Assembly: GCA_965231035.1 (NCBI GenBank) | Contig: OZ246409.1 | Span: forward strand, 571,101 to 603,100 | Length of the DNA: 32,000 bases | Direction: 5' to 3' | Origin: an uncultured Muribaculaceae bacterium | Lineage (GTDB): Bacteria; Pseudomonadota; Alphaproteobacteria; Rs-D84 | In this document: piece after piece, positions 8,557 to 17,032 of the stretch | How positions within the stretch are numbered: the stretch's first letter is position 1 | Layout of the letters: each line of letters opens with the position of its first letter | Position numbers and translations under genes: made by a program | The notes under the pieces: generated by a model | Databases searched by the model: none | Seen by the model: the letters and a program-made list of their open reading frames with translations, nothing else | Told to the model about the DNA's origin: nothing

Positions 8557-9255
8557 ATGAAAATAAGAATTGCAAAATTTTTGGCTGACAGTGGTGTTGC
8601 ATCCAGGCGCAAAGCAGAAAGGCTGATTGAATCTGGTGTTGTAATGGTTAACGATGAAAAAATAACCAGTCCTGTATTTTTTGTTGATGGTTCAGAAAAA
8701 ATAACTGTTTTAGGAAAATTGGTTAAATCAGAAAATAAAACAATGCTTTATGCTTTTCATAAACCAATAAATACAATGACGACTGCAAAAGATCCAGAAA
8801 ACCGAAAAACAATTTATGATGTTTTACCAAAAGAATACAAAAATTTGAAATACATCGGTCGACTGGATTATAAAACTACAGGCTTATTGCTTCTGACAAA
8901 TGATGGGGAACTTGCACGAAAATTAACTTTGCCGTCATCAGAAATACCACGAATTTATATCGCTGATGTGATGGGAAATGATTTTTCCGGTCTTGATAAA
9001 ATTATTCGCGGAATTACGGTTGATGAAATTAAATATCGCCCTATGAAAATAGATATCTTGAAAAATAATGAATTGAAAATCACAATAACCGAAGGAAAAA
9101 AGAACGAAATTCGTATAGTTTTGGCAGCTGTGGGATTGCCGGTTAAAAAATTACACAGAATATCGTATGGAAATATAAACCTTGGAAATCTTTCGGTTGG
9201 GGAAATTATTGAAATTCCACAGAAAAGCATTGACGGACTGCTAAAATATTTCTAA
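8557..9255 (+). CDS. Pseudouridine synthase, RsuA/RluB/RluE/RluF family (S4 domain plus catalytic domain)
   Basis: S4 domain IRIAKFLADSGVASRRKAERLIESGVVMVND. Catalytic motif GRLDYKTTGLLLLTNDGELA. Also EGKKNEIR and the KLHRISYG tail. The start abuts the rsmE stop with zero intergenic nt. Confidence 0.85.
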   Translation: MKIRIAKFLADSGVASRRKAERLIESGVVMVNDEKITSPVFFVDGSEKITVLGKLVKSENKTMLYAFHKPINTMTTAKDPENRKTIYDVLPKEYKNLKYIGRLDYKTTGLLLLTNDGELARKLTLPSSEIPRIYIADVMGNDFSGLDKIIRGITVDEIKYRPMKIDILKNNELKITITEGKKNEIRIVLAAVGLPVKKLHRISYGNINLGNLSVGEIIEIPQKSIDGLLKYF

Positions 9256-9283
9256 ACTTAGACTATGGAAGAGGGAGAATTTC

Positions 9284-10285
9284 ATGAAGAAAAAAACAGC
9301 CAAGAAAAAAACAGCTCCTGTAAAAGTTTCTAAGCCTGTTGCCAAGGAAGTATCTTTGGTCACAAAAAACATAGAAAAAAAAGAGCGTCATTTTAATGCT
9401 TGGTCTTTATCTATTTATGTTTATTGGTTTATTATTTTATTCTTTATTTCTGCCACATTTTATATTTTGGGACGCAGTCATGGAATATTGCACCCAATAT
9501 CCAGCAATGTAGAAATAACAGAAGAAGCTTTGATGCAGTCAAACCAGTATTTTGATGCGGGTAAAAAGAACCTGTTAGAGGGTAATGTTGACGATGCAAT
9601 CAAAGATTTAACTGCGGCGGCTAATGTTGAAAATCCTTCTGTGGATACATTTATTTTGCGTGGTGAAGCGTATATGCAATCAGGTGATTATAAAAACGCA
9701 ATGACAGATTTTAACAAAGTAATCGAAATGGACTCTATGAATTCTGTTGCTTTTTATGATCGTGCTTTATTGAATACCAGGTTGGAAGATTATACGGCTG
9801 CTTTGACGGATATTAACAATGCATTGGCAGCACGCGCAGTTCATCCAAATGATATTTTGCAGTTACGCGATATTTATGCAAAACGTGGTCAGTTAAATTT
9901 GTGGTTAAAAAATTGGGACGGTGCGGTTGTTGATTACACAAATTCTTTAGCGCGCCCAGAAGGTGTTATAAACCCATCTGTTTATGCCGAACGTGCCGAG
10001 GCTTATACAGCTTTGAATAAATATGTCGAGGCTGCCGATGACTATATATCCGCGGTCCGTATAATATCTGAACAGATTCAAGGTGCAACAGACAAGGAAG
10101 TTCGTGAGGATTTATCACGTCGTGCAGCAGGTTATTTTGAAAAGGCAGCTGCATTAAAAGTTAGAATGGGTGATATGGAATCTGCGAAAAGTGATTTAGA
10201 ATCATCTTTGACAATCTGGACGGCTTTGGACGATTCAGAATCTATGGACAGGGTCAAAGGGCTTATTTCTGGAACACAACAATAA
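9284..10285 (+). CDS. Membrane-anchored TPR-repeat protein
   Basis: SD GAGGGAG. A Lys-rich N-terminal tail (MKKKTAKKKTAPVKVSKPVAKE) and one TM helix (WSLSIYVYWFIILFFISATFYILG). Several TPR-like units follow (..GNVDDAIKDLTAAANVENP.., ..GDYKNAMTDFNKVIEMDSMN.., ..EDYTAALTDINNALA..). Confidence 0.7.
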   Translation: MKKKTAKKKTAPVKVSKPVAKEVSLVTKNIEKKERHFNAWSLSIYVYWFIILFFISATFYILGRSHGILHPISSNVEITEEALMQSNQYFDAGKKNLLEGNVDDAIKDLTAAANVENPSVDTFILRGEAYMQSGDYKNAMTDFNKVIEMDSMNSVAFYDRALLNTRLEDYTAALTDINNALAARAVHPNDILQLRDIYAKRGQLNLWLKNWDGAVVDYTNSLARPEGVINPSVYAERAEAYTALNKYVEAADDYISAVRIISEQIQGATDKEVREDLSRRAAGYFEKAAALKVRMGDMESAKSDLESSLTIWTALDDSESMDRVKGLISGTQQ

Positions 10286-10310
10286 AAAAACCGCCAAATG
10301 GCGGTTTTTT
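10284..10310 (+). terminator. Rho-independent terminator of the TPR gene
   Basis: aaaaaaa-CCGCC-aaat-GGCGG-tttttt, immediately after the stop at 10285. Confidence 0.75.
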
Positions 10311-10347
10311 AGTTATTAGTTATCAATTATTAATTATCAGTATTAAT
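10310..10347. repeat. Tandem heptamer array (left arm): T-AGTTAT T-AGTTAT C-AATTAT T-AATTAT C-AGTATT
   Basis: Read directly from the sequence. It has 7-nt periodicity and abuts the terminator T-run. Confidence 0.5.
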
Positions 10348-10554
10348 TCCCAGTCCTAGGTTTCCATTGTGTCATTGCACTTGTCTTGTCATAGTTTTAA
10401 TGAAGGCAAAAGGAATAAAATAATGAAAGTAACTAAGTAAGTTATAATTTCTGGCGAGCAAAGCGAGAAAAGGGAACATTTGCGCGTGAATAAAAAATAG
10501 GCACTAGGTATTATACGTATTTAGTACTGAATATTAGGTATCAGGTACTAGTTT

Positions 10555-10585
10555 TTATAATTTATAACTTATAACTGATAACTTA
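10555..10585. repeat. Tandem heptamer array (right arm), inverted relative to the left arm
   Basis: TTATAA-T-TTATAA-C-TTATAA-C-TGATAA-C-TTA. Its reverse complement is AGTTAT-C-AGTTAT-A-AGTTAT-A-AATTAT. The hexamer cores match the left arm at 23 of 24 positions by my alignment. Confidence 0.5.
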
Positions 10586-10612
10586 AAAATCCCGCCATTT
10601 GGCGGGATTTTT
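10585..10612 (-). terminator. Rho-independent terminator of the 1011-aa Cys-rich protein gene
   Basis: aaaaat-CCCGCC-attt-GGCGGG-attttt. On the minus strand the stem is followed by a T-run, directly after the stop at 10614. Confidence 0.75.
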
Positions 10613-10613
10613 A

Positions 10614-13600
10614 TTATTCCATTTCAGTGCTGATTATATCACCGTACATACCGACTTCGTCTGCGCCGATATAACAACGGATATGATTACCAACATCGTT
10701 CATCCAAGATTCCTGTTCGGAATCGAATTTTGCACGATTACCCGCTTTGATAACTTGCGCGGTACCAACACCCAGCGCAATACCACCAACAACAGCCCCA
10801 GCACCATTAACAATCTTACGAGTGTTACTATCATTTGATATTGGTTTGTCAGTTGCACCACAAAGGTTCAGGTTCCCTTGCATTTCGCTAATAGCGCTAT
10901 CTATATGAGTCCCCTTGTTTGCATTGTCTGCGCTTGTAGATACAATTTTATATGTATACCCCAACGTTGAAACACGTTCAGATACAACAGCATCTTGTTT
11001 TTGATCGCTATTACTTTTGGCATCTTGTAGTTCTTTGATAGAAGCCATAAATTTATCTTCGCATGCTTTTGCTTCTTTATTGGATTTAGTAACTTCTTTT
11101 GTATCATCTGTTCCCAATAATCCACCAAGGCTGCCTTTTTGTAGATAATTTGTAGCAATGCCACCACCTACGGCACCCAATACTGACGTACCAGCAGTCA
11201 ACCATCTTTGACCTTTGGTCATTTTACCGCTAGATGATGTACCAGTCTCTCGGGCTGCAACTTTGTTTGCAATTGCTTCCAGTTCACTGCCTGGGATCCA
11301 GCTGCCGCAAGTGAATGAATCACCGGCTGCATAGTATGCTGTGCTCCAATCTTTACCAGAATTAATTGCATCTTGGATATCTTTGTCATCAGATTGCAAT
11401 GTGATGCGGATTCTGCAGAAGCTTCCGTACAAATCGTTGCTGGCAGAGAATTGACTGTCTTTTAGACCATTAGACGCATAGCTTGCTGGAACCTTTGCAC
11501 TTTTCATTTTTACCCACATATATGTGCTGCCATTTTCACGAGCACCAATGATACCGCCTTCGTTATCGGACAAGCACATATTTTGTTGTTTTGTCAGCTT
11601 GGCATTATATTTTGCCTGAGCTTCGATTTCCAAATCATAGATAAGGTCGTTGAATACAGAACGTTCTGATTGTGCAATATTATATGCATTTTCAGATACC
11701 ATTTTTGGATATACATATCTTCCATTAGAGCTGTCGCAACGTCCAGCATCACCAGTTCCGTTTGCACCTGTTGTGCACAGCAGATTTCCATCAGCGTCAG
11801 TATCTTGGATGTTACCACTGGATGTGGCAGAATATGTTCCAGAATCCAACCATCCTGTACGAGTATCTGTTACACCAGTACCCCAAGAGTCTGCTGTGCT
11901 GGGCCCTGTTGTACGACGAGCAGATTCAGCCTTGATATGTTCTTCGCATGTTGGGTTGTTCTTGACACTGTTCATGCATAAACCAATTATAATTGTGTGA
12001 TCCAGAACACCACCGACCTTGTTCATACTTTTATCAAATGAAGCACTGCCAGTGTTTGTCAGAACAGAATAGACGTCTGTACGGTTGCGATAGCAATTAG
12101 AATAATCTTCACCGCACATTGATTTTACACAACCTGTGGCGATTGCCTGGCACTGTCTTTTCATGTTATCCAAAGAAGATTGATTATAAGACAATGACAG
12201 CTTTGAATTCAAAGCAGCAACTGCACCAACCGCATCAGGATTCGTTGCAGTTGTATCATTTGCGGCTGTAAACAAGATATCAAACAAACTGCCCGACAAA
12301 TAGCTTATAATACCAGTTGCAGATTGAAATGTTACAACCGAGTACTTGCAGTATGTATCGTTATTTACAACAGCTTCGCATCCATATTTTATATCAGCCA
12401 AAGTTGTTGGATTTGTAACACCCTTGATAGTATTATCAGAATCAAATGCAGATGCATAGCATGCCGCACCGCTGCCTTGACCACATGTACGCATCGCACA
12501 AGATGTAATTGTATCTTGGCACTTCTGTTTTGTCTTTTTATCAAATGTTGTAATTAAATCATCAATTTTGGACTTCATAGAATCATTCATACGTGAAGAA
12601 TAAGCATCTGAATAAATAGTATCTTTGTTATCTTCATCTTGAAGTTGAGAATTTGTTGGCATAACACCATTTCCAACGAATGTAGCATAGCAGAACTTGT
12701 TTGCACCAATTGTATCATAACAAGAATCTTTCAAGAAACCTGCAATTTCAGATTTATTAACTGCACCAGAATCTGTTACATAAGGAGTTGTAGTAGTCGT
12801 TGGATTTGCAACAAAAGTATTTCCAGCTGCATCAACCAATGTGTGAGATGTTCCTTCCTTGCATTTATAAGGATTTTGTGCGCAAGCATTCAAAATACAT
12901 TGGTCTGCAACCTTGTAACAAGTTGCAACTGCATTAACAGCTGCCAAAGCAGCGCCTTCGGAAATCATAACACCCAGACGGCTGGTTGCTGTTGGATTAG
13001 CAGCAGTATTAGTTGAACCAAACAATTCGGTTTTGCCACCATTTTCGCATCTTGCAAGTGTTGATTCACAGAAAATCTTTTGTGTTTGAAATTCGGCATT
13101 GCTGGTACATAATTCGAAATCTGAACCGCAAACATCATCTTTTTTCAAGCAACTGGTATATTTTTTAACACAAGTGCTGGTGTCATAGCGATTGTTAACG
13201 TATGCCGCACCAATCAGTTGACCCAGAACACTGCCACTAGTTGGATAAACATATTCACCAGCAGAATTTTTATTAGAAAAGGCCGTTTGATTGCTTGTTC
13301 CAAAAAGGCTGTTTACACCGGAGGTTTTGCACTGCATCAAAGTGCTGGCGCATTGTGGTTTTTTGCCAAAGAACAGTGTATTATTGGTGCATTCTTCAAA
13401 GTTTGCACCGCAAACATCGCCACCTTTCATACATGCTGTGTATGCATCAATACAATCTTTGTCGGCAAGCATCGATACAGCGGTATTACCAGATGTAGAC
13501 GATGTGGAATTACCACTAATCTGAGCAGTTATTGTAGGCATTCTGGACACTGCACTTCCAAGAACACTTGGACGTGCGGTCGAAGCAGAAGCCGCAGGAA

Positions 13601-13649
13601 TAACCGCCAAAACAGACATAAAACCGAATACTTTTTTAAGAAAAATCAT
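10614..13649 (-). CDS. Giant secreted Cys-rich protein (1011 aa), function unknown; C-terminal Gly-zipper-like hydrophobic segments
   Basis: ATG with GGAGGAAG upstream. Signal peptide MIFLKKVFGFMSVLAVIPAASA|S. About 38 Cys by my count, arranged in recurring C-x6-C(-x4-C) patterns. Two Gly-rich hydrophobic stretches lie near the C-terminus (WLTAGTSVLGAVGGGIATNYL; IVNGAGAVVGGIALGVGTAQVI). I recognised no known domain. Confidence 0.8.
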   Translation of the reverse strand: MIFLKKVFGFMSVLAVIPAASASTARPSVLGSAVSRMPTITAQISGNSTSSTSGNTAVSMLADKDCIDAYTACMKGGDVCGANFEECTNNTLFFGKKPQCASTLMQCKTSGVNSLFGTSNQTAFSNKNSAGEYVYPTSGSVLGQLIGAAYVNNRYDTSTCVKKYTSCLKKDDVCGSDFELCTSNAEFQTQKIFCESTLARCENGGKTELFGSTNTAANPTATSRLGVMISEGAALAAVNAVATCYKVADQCILNACAQNPYKCKEGTSHTLVDAAGNTFVANPTTTTTPYVTDSGAVNKSEIAGFLKDSCYDTIGANKFCYATFVGNGVMPTNSQLQDEDNKDTIYSDAYSSRMNDSMKSKIDDLITTFDKKTKQKCQDTITSCAMRTCGQGSGAACYASAFDSDNTIKGVTNPTTLADIKYGCEAVVNNDTYCKYSVVTFQSATGIISYLSGSLFDILFTAANDTTATNPDAVGAVAALNSKLSLSYNQSSLDNMKRQCQAIATGCVKSMCGEDYSNCYRNRTDVYSVLTNTGSASFDKSMNKVGGVLDHTIIIGLCMNSVKNNPTCEEHIKAESARRTTGPSTADSWGTGVTDTRTGWLDSGTYSATSSGNIQDTDADGNLLCTTGANGTGDAGRCDSSNGRYVYPKMVSENAYNIAQSERSVFNDLIYDLEIEAQAKYNAKLTKQQNMCLSDNEGGIIGARENGSTYMWVKMKSAKVPASYASNGLKDSQFSASNDLYGSFCRIRITLQSDDKDIQDAINSGKDWSTAYYAAGDSFTCGSWIPGSELEAIANKVAARETGTSSSGKMTKGQRWLTAGTSVLGAVGGGIATNYLQKGSLGGLLGTDDTKEVTKSNKEAKACEDKFMASIKELQDAKSNSDQKQDAVVSERVSTLGYTYKIVSTSADNANKGTHIDSAISEMQGNLNLCGATDKPISNDSNTRKIVNGAGAVVGGIALGVGTAQVIKAGNRAKFDSEQESWMNDVGNHIRCYIGADEVGMYGDIISTEME

Positions 13650-13675
13650 TAGACTTCCTCCAATATCATTGCTTT

Positions 13676-13684
13676 ATTATAACA
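13676..13684 (-). promoter_or_regulatory. Candidate extended -10 promoter (TGTTATAAT) for the Cys-rich protein gene
   Basis: The minus strand reads ...TTGACTGTGTTTTTA-TGTTATAAT-AAAGCAATGATATTGGAGGAAGTCTA-ATG. The TGnTATAAT match is perfect. The nearby TTGACT is only 12 nt away, so it is probably not the -35. Confidence 0.35.
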
Positions 13685-13720
13685 TAAAAACACAGTCAAA
13701 TAAACAAAATAATAAAGAAA

Positions 13721-14692
13721 TTACATTGAAAAATTAAGTATATCTTTCAGCTGTTGCATATCGACTGGTAATCTGGATTTAAAGTGCATTTTTTCATTTG
13801 TTACAGGATGTTTTAAATCTAAAACCTCGGCATGAAGCATTTGACCATCATGAGTTTTTAAAAATTCTAACAATTCAGGTTTTTTTACACTGCCTATTCT
13901 GGCTGAACCACGACCATATACCGGATCACAAAGAACAGGAAAACCATGTGCAGATAAATGAACCCTGATTTGATGTGTACGACCAGTCAACAAGGTACAT
14001 CTGATTTCTGATATTTTATCATGTTCCCAAATATTCATCAATTCAACATGGGTGTGAGAATCTTTACCACCCCTTTTTACCATGGTCATTTTTTGCCTGT
14101 TACGGCTGGAACGTGTTATATTGCCTGTAATTTCAGCACTTTCCCAGTTTGGTACACCCCAAACAAAAGCGACATATTTTCTGGTTAAATCATGTATGGA
14201 AAATGTTTTTACCAATTCACGAAAGGCTGTATCTGATTTCGCCAAAATAACAACACCGCTGGTATCCTTGTCCAGTCTGTGAACAACACCTGGACGAACT
14301 GTTCCACCCAAAGAAGATAATTTCGTATGTGCCAGGATATTTTGAACCAGTGTTCCAGATGATACCCCAGCACCAGGGTACATAACAATTCCCCTGGGTT
14401 TATTAACAACTATGATATCATCATCTTCAAATAAAATATTTAAATCAAAATCAGTTGATGATAAAAGTTGATCAGAGAAATTTGAATTTGGTACAACTAG
14501 AACATTAAATTTTTCATCTTGTTTTACCTTGTCAGAAAACTTTACATCAATTTCTGTGTCACCAATTATTTTTGAAACTTTGAATTTTTGAATTTCAGTT
14601 CTGGAAAATTCTGGCAACTGCAATGCCAAAAATTTATCTAATCTTTGACCAATATCTGACTCAGAAACAACAAAAATGCGATTTTCAGACAT
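13721..14692 (-). CDS. rluD: RluA-family 23S rRNA pseudouridine synthase (RluD/RluC-like, with N-terminal S4-like domain)
   Basis: RLDKFLALQLPEFSRTEIQKF (S4-like). Catalytic HRLDKDTSGVVILAKS. LTGRTHQIRVHLS and LHAEVLDLKHPVT. Confidence 0.8.
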   Translation of the reverse strand: MSENRIFVVSESDIGQRLDKFLALQLPEFSRTEIQKFKVSKIIGDTEIDVKFSDKVKQDEKFNVLVVPNSNFSDQLLSSTDFDLNILFEDDDIIVVNKPRGIVMYPGAGVSSGTLVQNILAHTKLSSLGGTVRPGVVHRLDKDTSGVVILAKSDTAFRELVKTFSIHDLTRKYVAFVWGVPNWESAEITGNITRSSRNRQKMTMVKRGGKDSHTHVELMNIWEHDKISEIRCTLLTGRTHQIRVHLSAHGFPVLCDPVYGRGSARIGSVKKPELLEFLKTHDGQMLHAEVLDLKHPVTNEKMHFKSRLPVDMQQLKDILNFSM

Positions 14693-14698
14693 TATTTA

Positions 14699-15160
14699 TT
14701 ACCTGTATTCCTTCCAATCTTTGCCGCGATTGCATTTTGATAAGTCAACTTTCAAATAATTATTACCATAAACAGGGCATTCCAGAATACCAGTAGTCGT
14801 ATCTTGGGTTGCATCACGCTCCACATTTCTCCATGCAAAAGTAACAGTCTTTGGAGTCATCAAACACGTCAGACGGATTTCACCATCTGTTTTACCATTA
14901 TCACCAATCCAAATCCTGGCGGAATCTGTCTGACCAAAGCACGGAAAACTGTCCAGAAAATACAATTCTAACCCATCACCAACCAATTTTTTATCACCAG
15001 AAAATTCGACACTGAATTCCGAAAGTCGTAATCCTGTTACGGATTCCCAATCAGTGCTGGTGGAAAAAATGCTTTTTCGAATAATTGTTGGTGTTGTGTT
15101 GTCTGCATTAGCTGCAAAAGGCATAAACAAACATAAAAATAAAAAGTTAAAAATCTTCAT
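14699..15160 (-). CDS. Small secreted protein, unknown function (4 Cys)
   Basis: Signal peptide MKIFNFLFLCLFMPFAANA|D. The mature part is beta-rich. It lies 13 nt after the ZitP-like gene and 6 nt before rluD. Confidence 0.55.
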   Translation of the reverse strand: MKIFNFLFLCLFMPFAANADNTTPTIIRKSIFSTSTDWESVTGLRLSEFSVEFSGDKKLVGDGLELYFLDSFPCFGQTDSARIWIGDNGKTDGEIRLTCLMTPKTVTFAWRNVERDATQDTTTGILECPVYGNNYLKVDLSKCNRGKDWKEYR

Positions 15161-15173
15161 TTTGAATCCTTTT

Positions 15174-15674
15174 TTATTTTTTAAATTCTATGGTTATTTT
15201 TTTCACCCCAGTAACAGGTGAAGATAAAATATAAGAAAATGGTGCGGTATTTCCACTTTCTAAAAGTGTTGCGGGTGACATAACCTTTTGTTGGGTTAAA
15301 ATGTTTCCCTGGTCATCATGTGAAATAATTATTAAATCTGGAACACCATAAATATCTTTGGATTTATTTTTTACAAAACCGTTAACAACAAAGTGCTGAA
15401 CGCCAGCTTCGTCAGTAATTGTATTTATTTCAGAAATCTTTGCAGTTAAAGGATTTTTTTTAATATCATTTGAATTGTATTGAGCAATCACAACAAAAGT
15501 AAAAACAATTGCGGCCAATAATGCGCATATCGAGGCAATAAAAACCAAAAAGGAATTTTTGCGTCTGGGTTGTTTTACATTCCAAACATGTCCGCAAACA
15601 ATACATTGAACAGGCGAAGTCGGTGCCGAGTTCAAAGTATATTCAGTCTTACAAAATTCACATACGGTTTTCAT
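15174..15674 (-). CDS. MJ0042-type zinc-ribbon / single TM / DUF3426-like protein (ZitP-like)
   Basis: N-terminal CxxC...CxxC ribbon MKTVCEFCKTEYTLNSAPTSPVQCIVCGHVWNV. A basic linker and a TM helix (FLVFIASICALLAAIVFTFVVIA). A beta-rich periplasmic domain ends in ..GVKKITIEFKK. This is the same architecture as Caulobacter ZitP. Confidence 0.7.
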   Translation of the reverse strand: MKTVCEFCKTEYTLNSAPTSPVQCIVCGHVWNVKQPRRKNSFLVFIASICALLAAIVFTFVVIAQYNSNDIKKNPLTAKISEINTITDEAGVQHFVVNGFVKNKSKDIYGVPDLIIISHDDQGNILTQQKVMSPATLLESGNTAPFSYILSSPVTGVKKITIEFKK

Positions 15675-15694
15675 TATCAGATTTATACCATAAT

Positions 15695-17032
15695 TTAATT
15701 CAAATTCAATTGGTTATATTTTAACTTAACTTTTTTCTGGATTTCAGAAATTGCATTCATAAAATCTGAAGCGGTTGCATTATCGTTTGTAACAACAGAA
15801 TTAAATGATTGACTACTGGTTGTTTTGGTTGCTGCTTCTTTTTTTACAATCAATGGTGCCATACGGCTTAACTCGGCTAATGATATATCAGAAAGGTTAG
15901 CTGTGCTAGTGTTTGCATCCCAAAAGTAATTAGAATCAGATGAATCTTCGATACGACTTTTTACAATCAATTTTGGGGTAACAGAGTTATCAAATCCAAT
16001 GGTAACAAACATAGCGGTCACATGTCCTGCAACCATATCAATTGTTTTATTAACTTTTAGAACTGTTGCATCCGAACCAGAAGGGTTTAAAACAGAAAAT
16101 CCAGATAAATTTAAATTATTTACCCACATATCATCGGTTGTAAAACTTGCAAACCTGGCAGAGTTTGCCAAAGTTAATATCCCCGATACATCCATACTTC
16201 TTGAATCTGAAGATAATGTTCCAGCAACAACAGCGTCCTTAATAGTAACTTTTTTATCCACAATTACTCTTTTCTGAAATGTCAGATTATCCGAAACAGA
16301 TTTCTCGGATTTTAAAATTTCTTCAAATTTTGCGGAGTCTGAATCAAGTAATTTTGTTTCAGTTATATTATGTCCAGCCAAATTCAAATCAGATTCCATA
16401 GTTGCATCTGTAGAGTTTTCAGACGGTATTCGCCATAAATATTCATTTGTATCCAGTTTTGTATTAGTTGTTCCAACAATACCATGCAGACCTTCAATTC
16501 CAAAATCAACAGCATTACCGTGCCATGTTCCAAATGCACCAAATGCTTTGCCTTTTTCAACAAAACCCATTTTATTATTTCCCAAGTTTATAATTTCCCG
16601 TGTTCTTATTGGTGAAATATTTTTATCGTTTAAAACAATAATTCCTTGTAATGTTGAATGACCATTATTATCACTGGATTTTAATATTCTGATTTGCAGT
16701 TTATCGCCATATTGTTTTAATGAATCTTCGCTGATTCCATAGTCTGCAAGATCTGAAACCTCGACCCTGGTTATATTTTTACCAACAGTTTTAAGTAATT
16801 CTTTTTTGTTTGTATTAATATATTTTTCCAAAGCAGATTGAACAGTTTCAATTTGTTTTTCTATGGCGATATTTTCTGAACGTTCAATACGTGATTTTTG
16901 AAAATTTATAATAAATGGCAAAACCACAGCCACCAATGCCAGGGTCAATAAAAGTTCAATCAACATTCCGCCACGTTCATTATTTTTGTTCAAGATGATT
17001 TTTTTTATTTTCATAAATTCTATTGCTTCCAT
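15695..17032 (-). CDS. Large prepilin-like protein C (445 aa): class III signal / pilin alpha-1 helix, PilV-like motif, repeat-rich C-terminal half
   Basis: N-terminus ...NKNNERG|GMLIELLLTLALVAVVLPFIINF has Gly at -1 and Glu at +5. Internal motif NEYLWRIPSENSTDATMESDLNLAGHNITE. The start is ATG at 17032 (13-nt overlap with the upstream gene) or ATG at 17014. Confidence 0.7.
   Translation of the reverse strand: MEAIEFMKIKKIILNKNNERGGMLIELLLTLALVAVVLPFIINFQKSRIERSENIAIEKQIETVQSALEKYINTNKKELLKTVGKNITRVEVSDLADYGISEDSLKQYGDKLQIRILKSSDNNGHSTLQGIIVLNDKNISPIRTREIINLGNNKMGFVEKGKAFGAFGTWHGNAVDFGIEGLHGIVGTTNTKLDTNEYLWRIPSENSTDATMESDLNLAGHNITETKLLDSDSAKFEEILKSEKSVSDNLTFQKRVIVDKKVTIKDAVVAGTLSSDSRSMDVSGILTLANSARFASFTTDDMWVNNLNLSGFSVLNPSGSDATVLKVNKTIDMVAGHVTAMFVTIGFDNSVTPKLIVKSRIEDSSDSNYFWDANTSTANLSDISLAELSRMAPLIVKKEAATKTTSSQSFNSVVTNDNATASDFMNAISEIQKKVKLKYNQLNLN

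Noticed and set aside
1573-9230. Antisense or overlapping short ORFs inside Yip1, der, the two lipoproteins, the T4CP, rsmE and the pseudouridine synthase (e.g. 1573..1776, 1649..1987, 2102..2422, 2190..2393, 2203..2466, 3538..3750, 3689..3874, 3754..3993, 4140..4337, 4587..4964, 7239..7454, 7555..7761, 8229..8612, 8955..9230)
   Set aside because: Each is fully contained in a longer ORF that has clear family motifs. They have low-complexity or odd composition and no start signals.
10310-10585. Replication origin or CRISPR-like array in the repeat-rich intergenic region
   Set aside because: I found no cluster of DnaA boxes (only weak TTATC-containing heptamers) and no TTAA-N7-TTAA CtrA sites with correct spacing. 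There are no adjacent dnaA/hemE/parAB-type genes. The repeats are 7 nt with no spacers, so it is not a CRISPR array.
10599-13652. A series of plus-strand ORFs (10599..10838, 11650..12000, 11670..11981, 12324..12557, 12639..13016, 13218..13652, 13291..13524, 13295..13498), several of them Cys-rich, plus in-frame-shifted minus-strand ORFs (10901..11167, 11594..11818)
   Set aside because: They are shadow ORFs of the 1011-aa gene. Antisense of its abundant GCA/ACA (Ala/Thr) codons gives TGC/TGT (Cys). They have no SD sites or signal features, and the long minus-strand frame with its SD, signal peptide and terminator explains the region.
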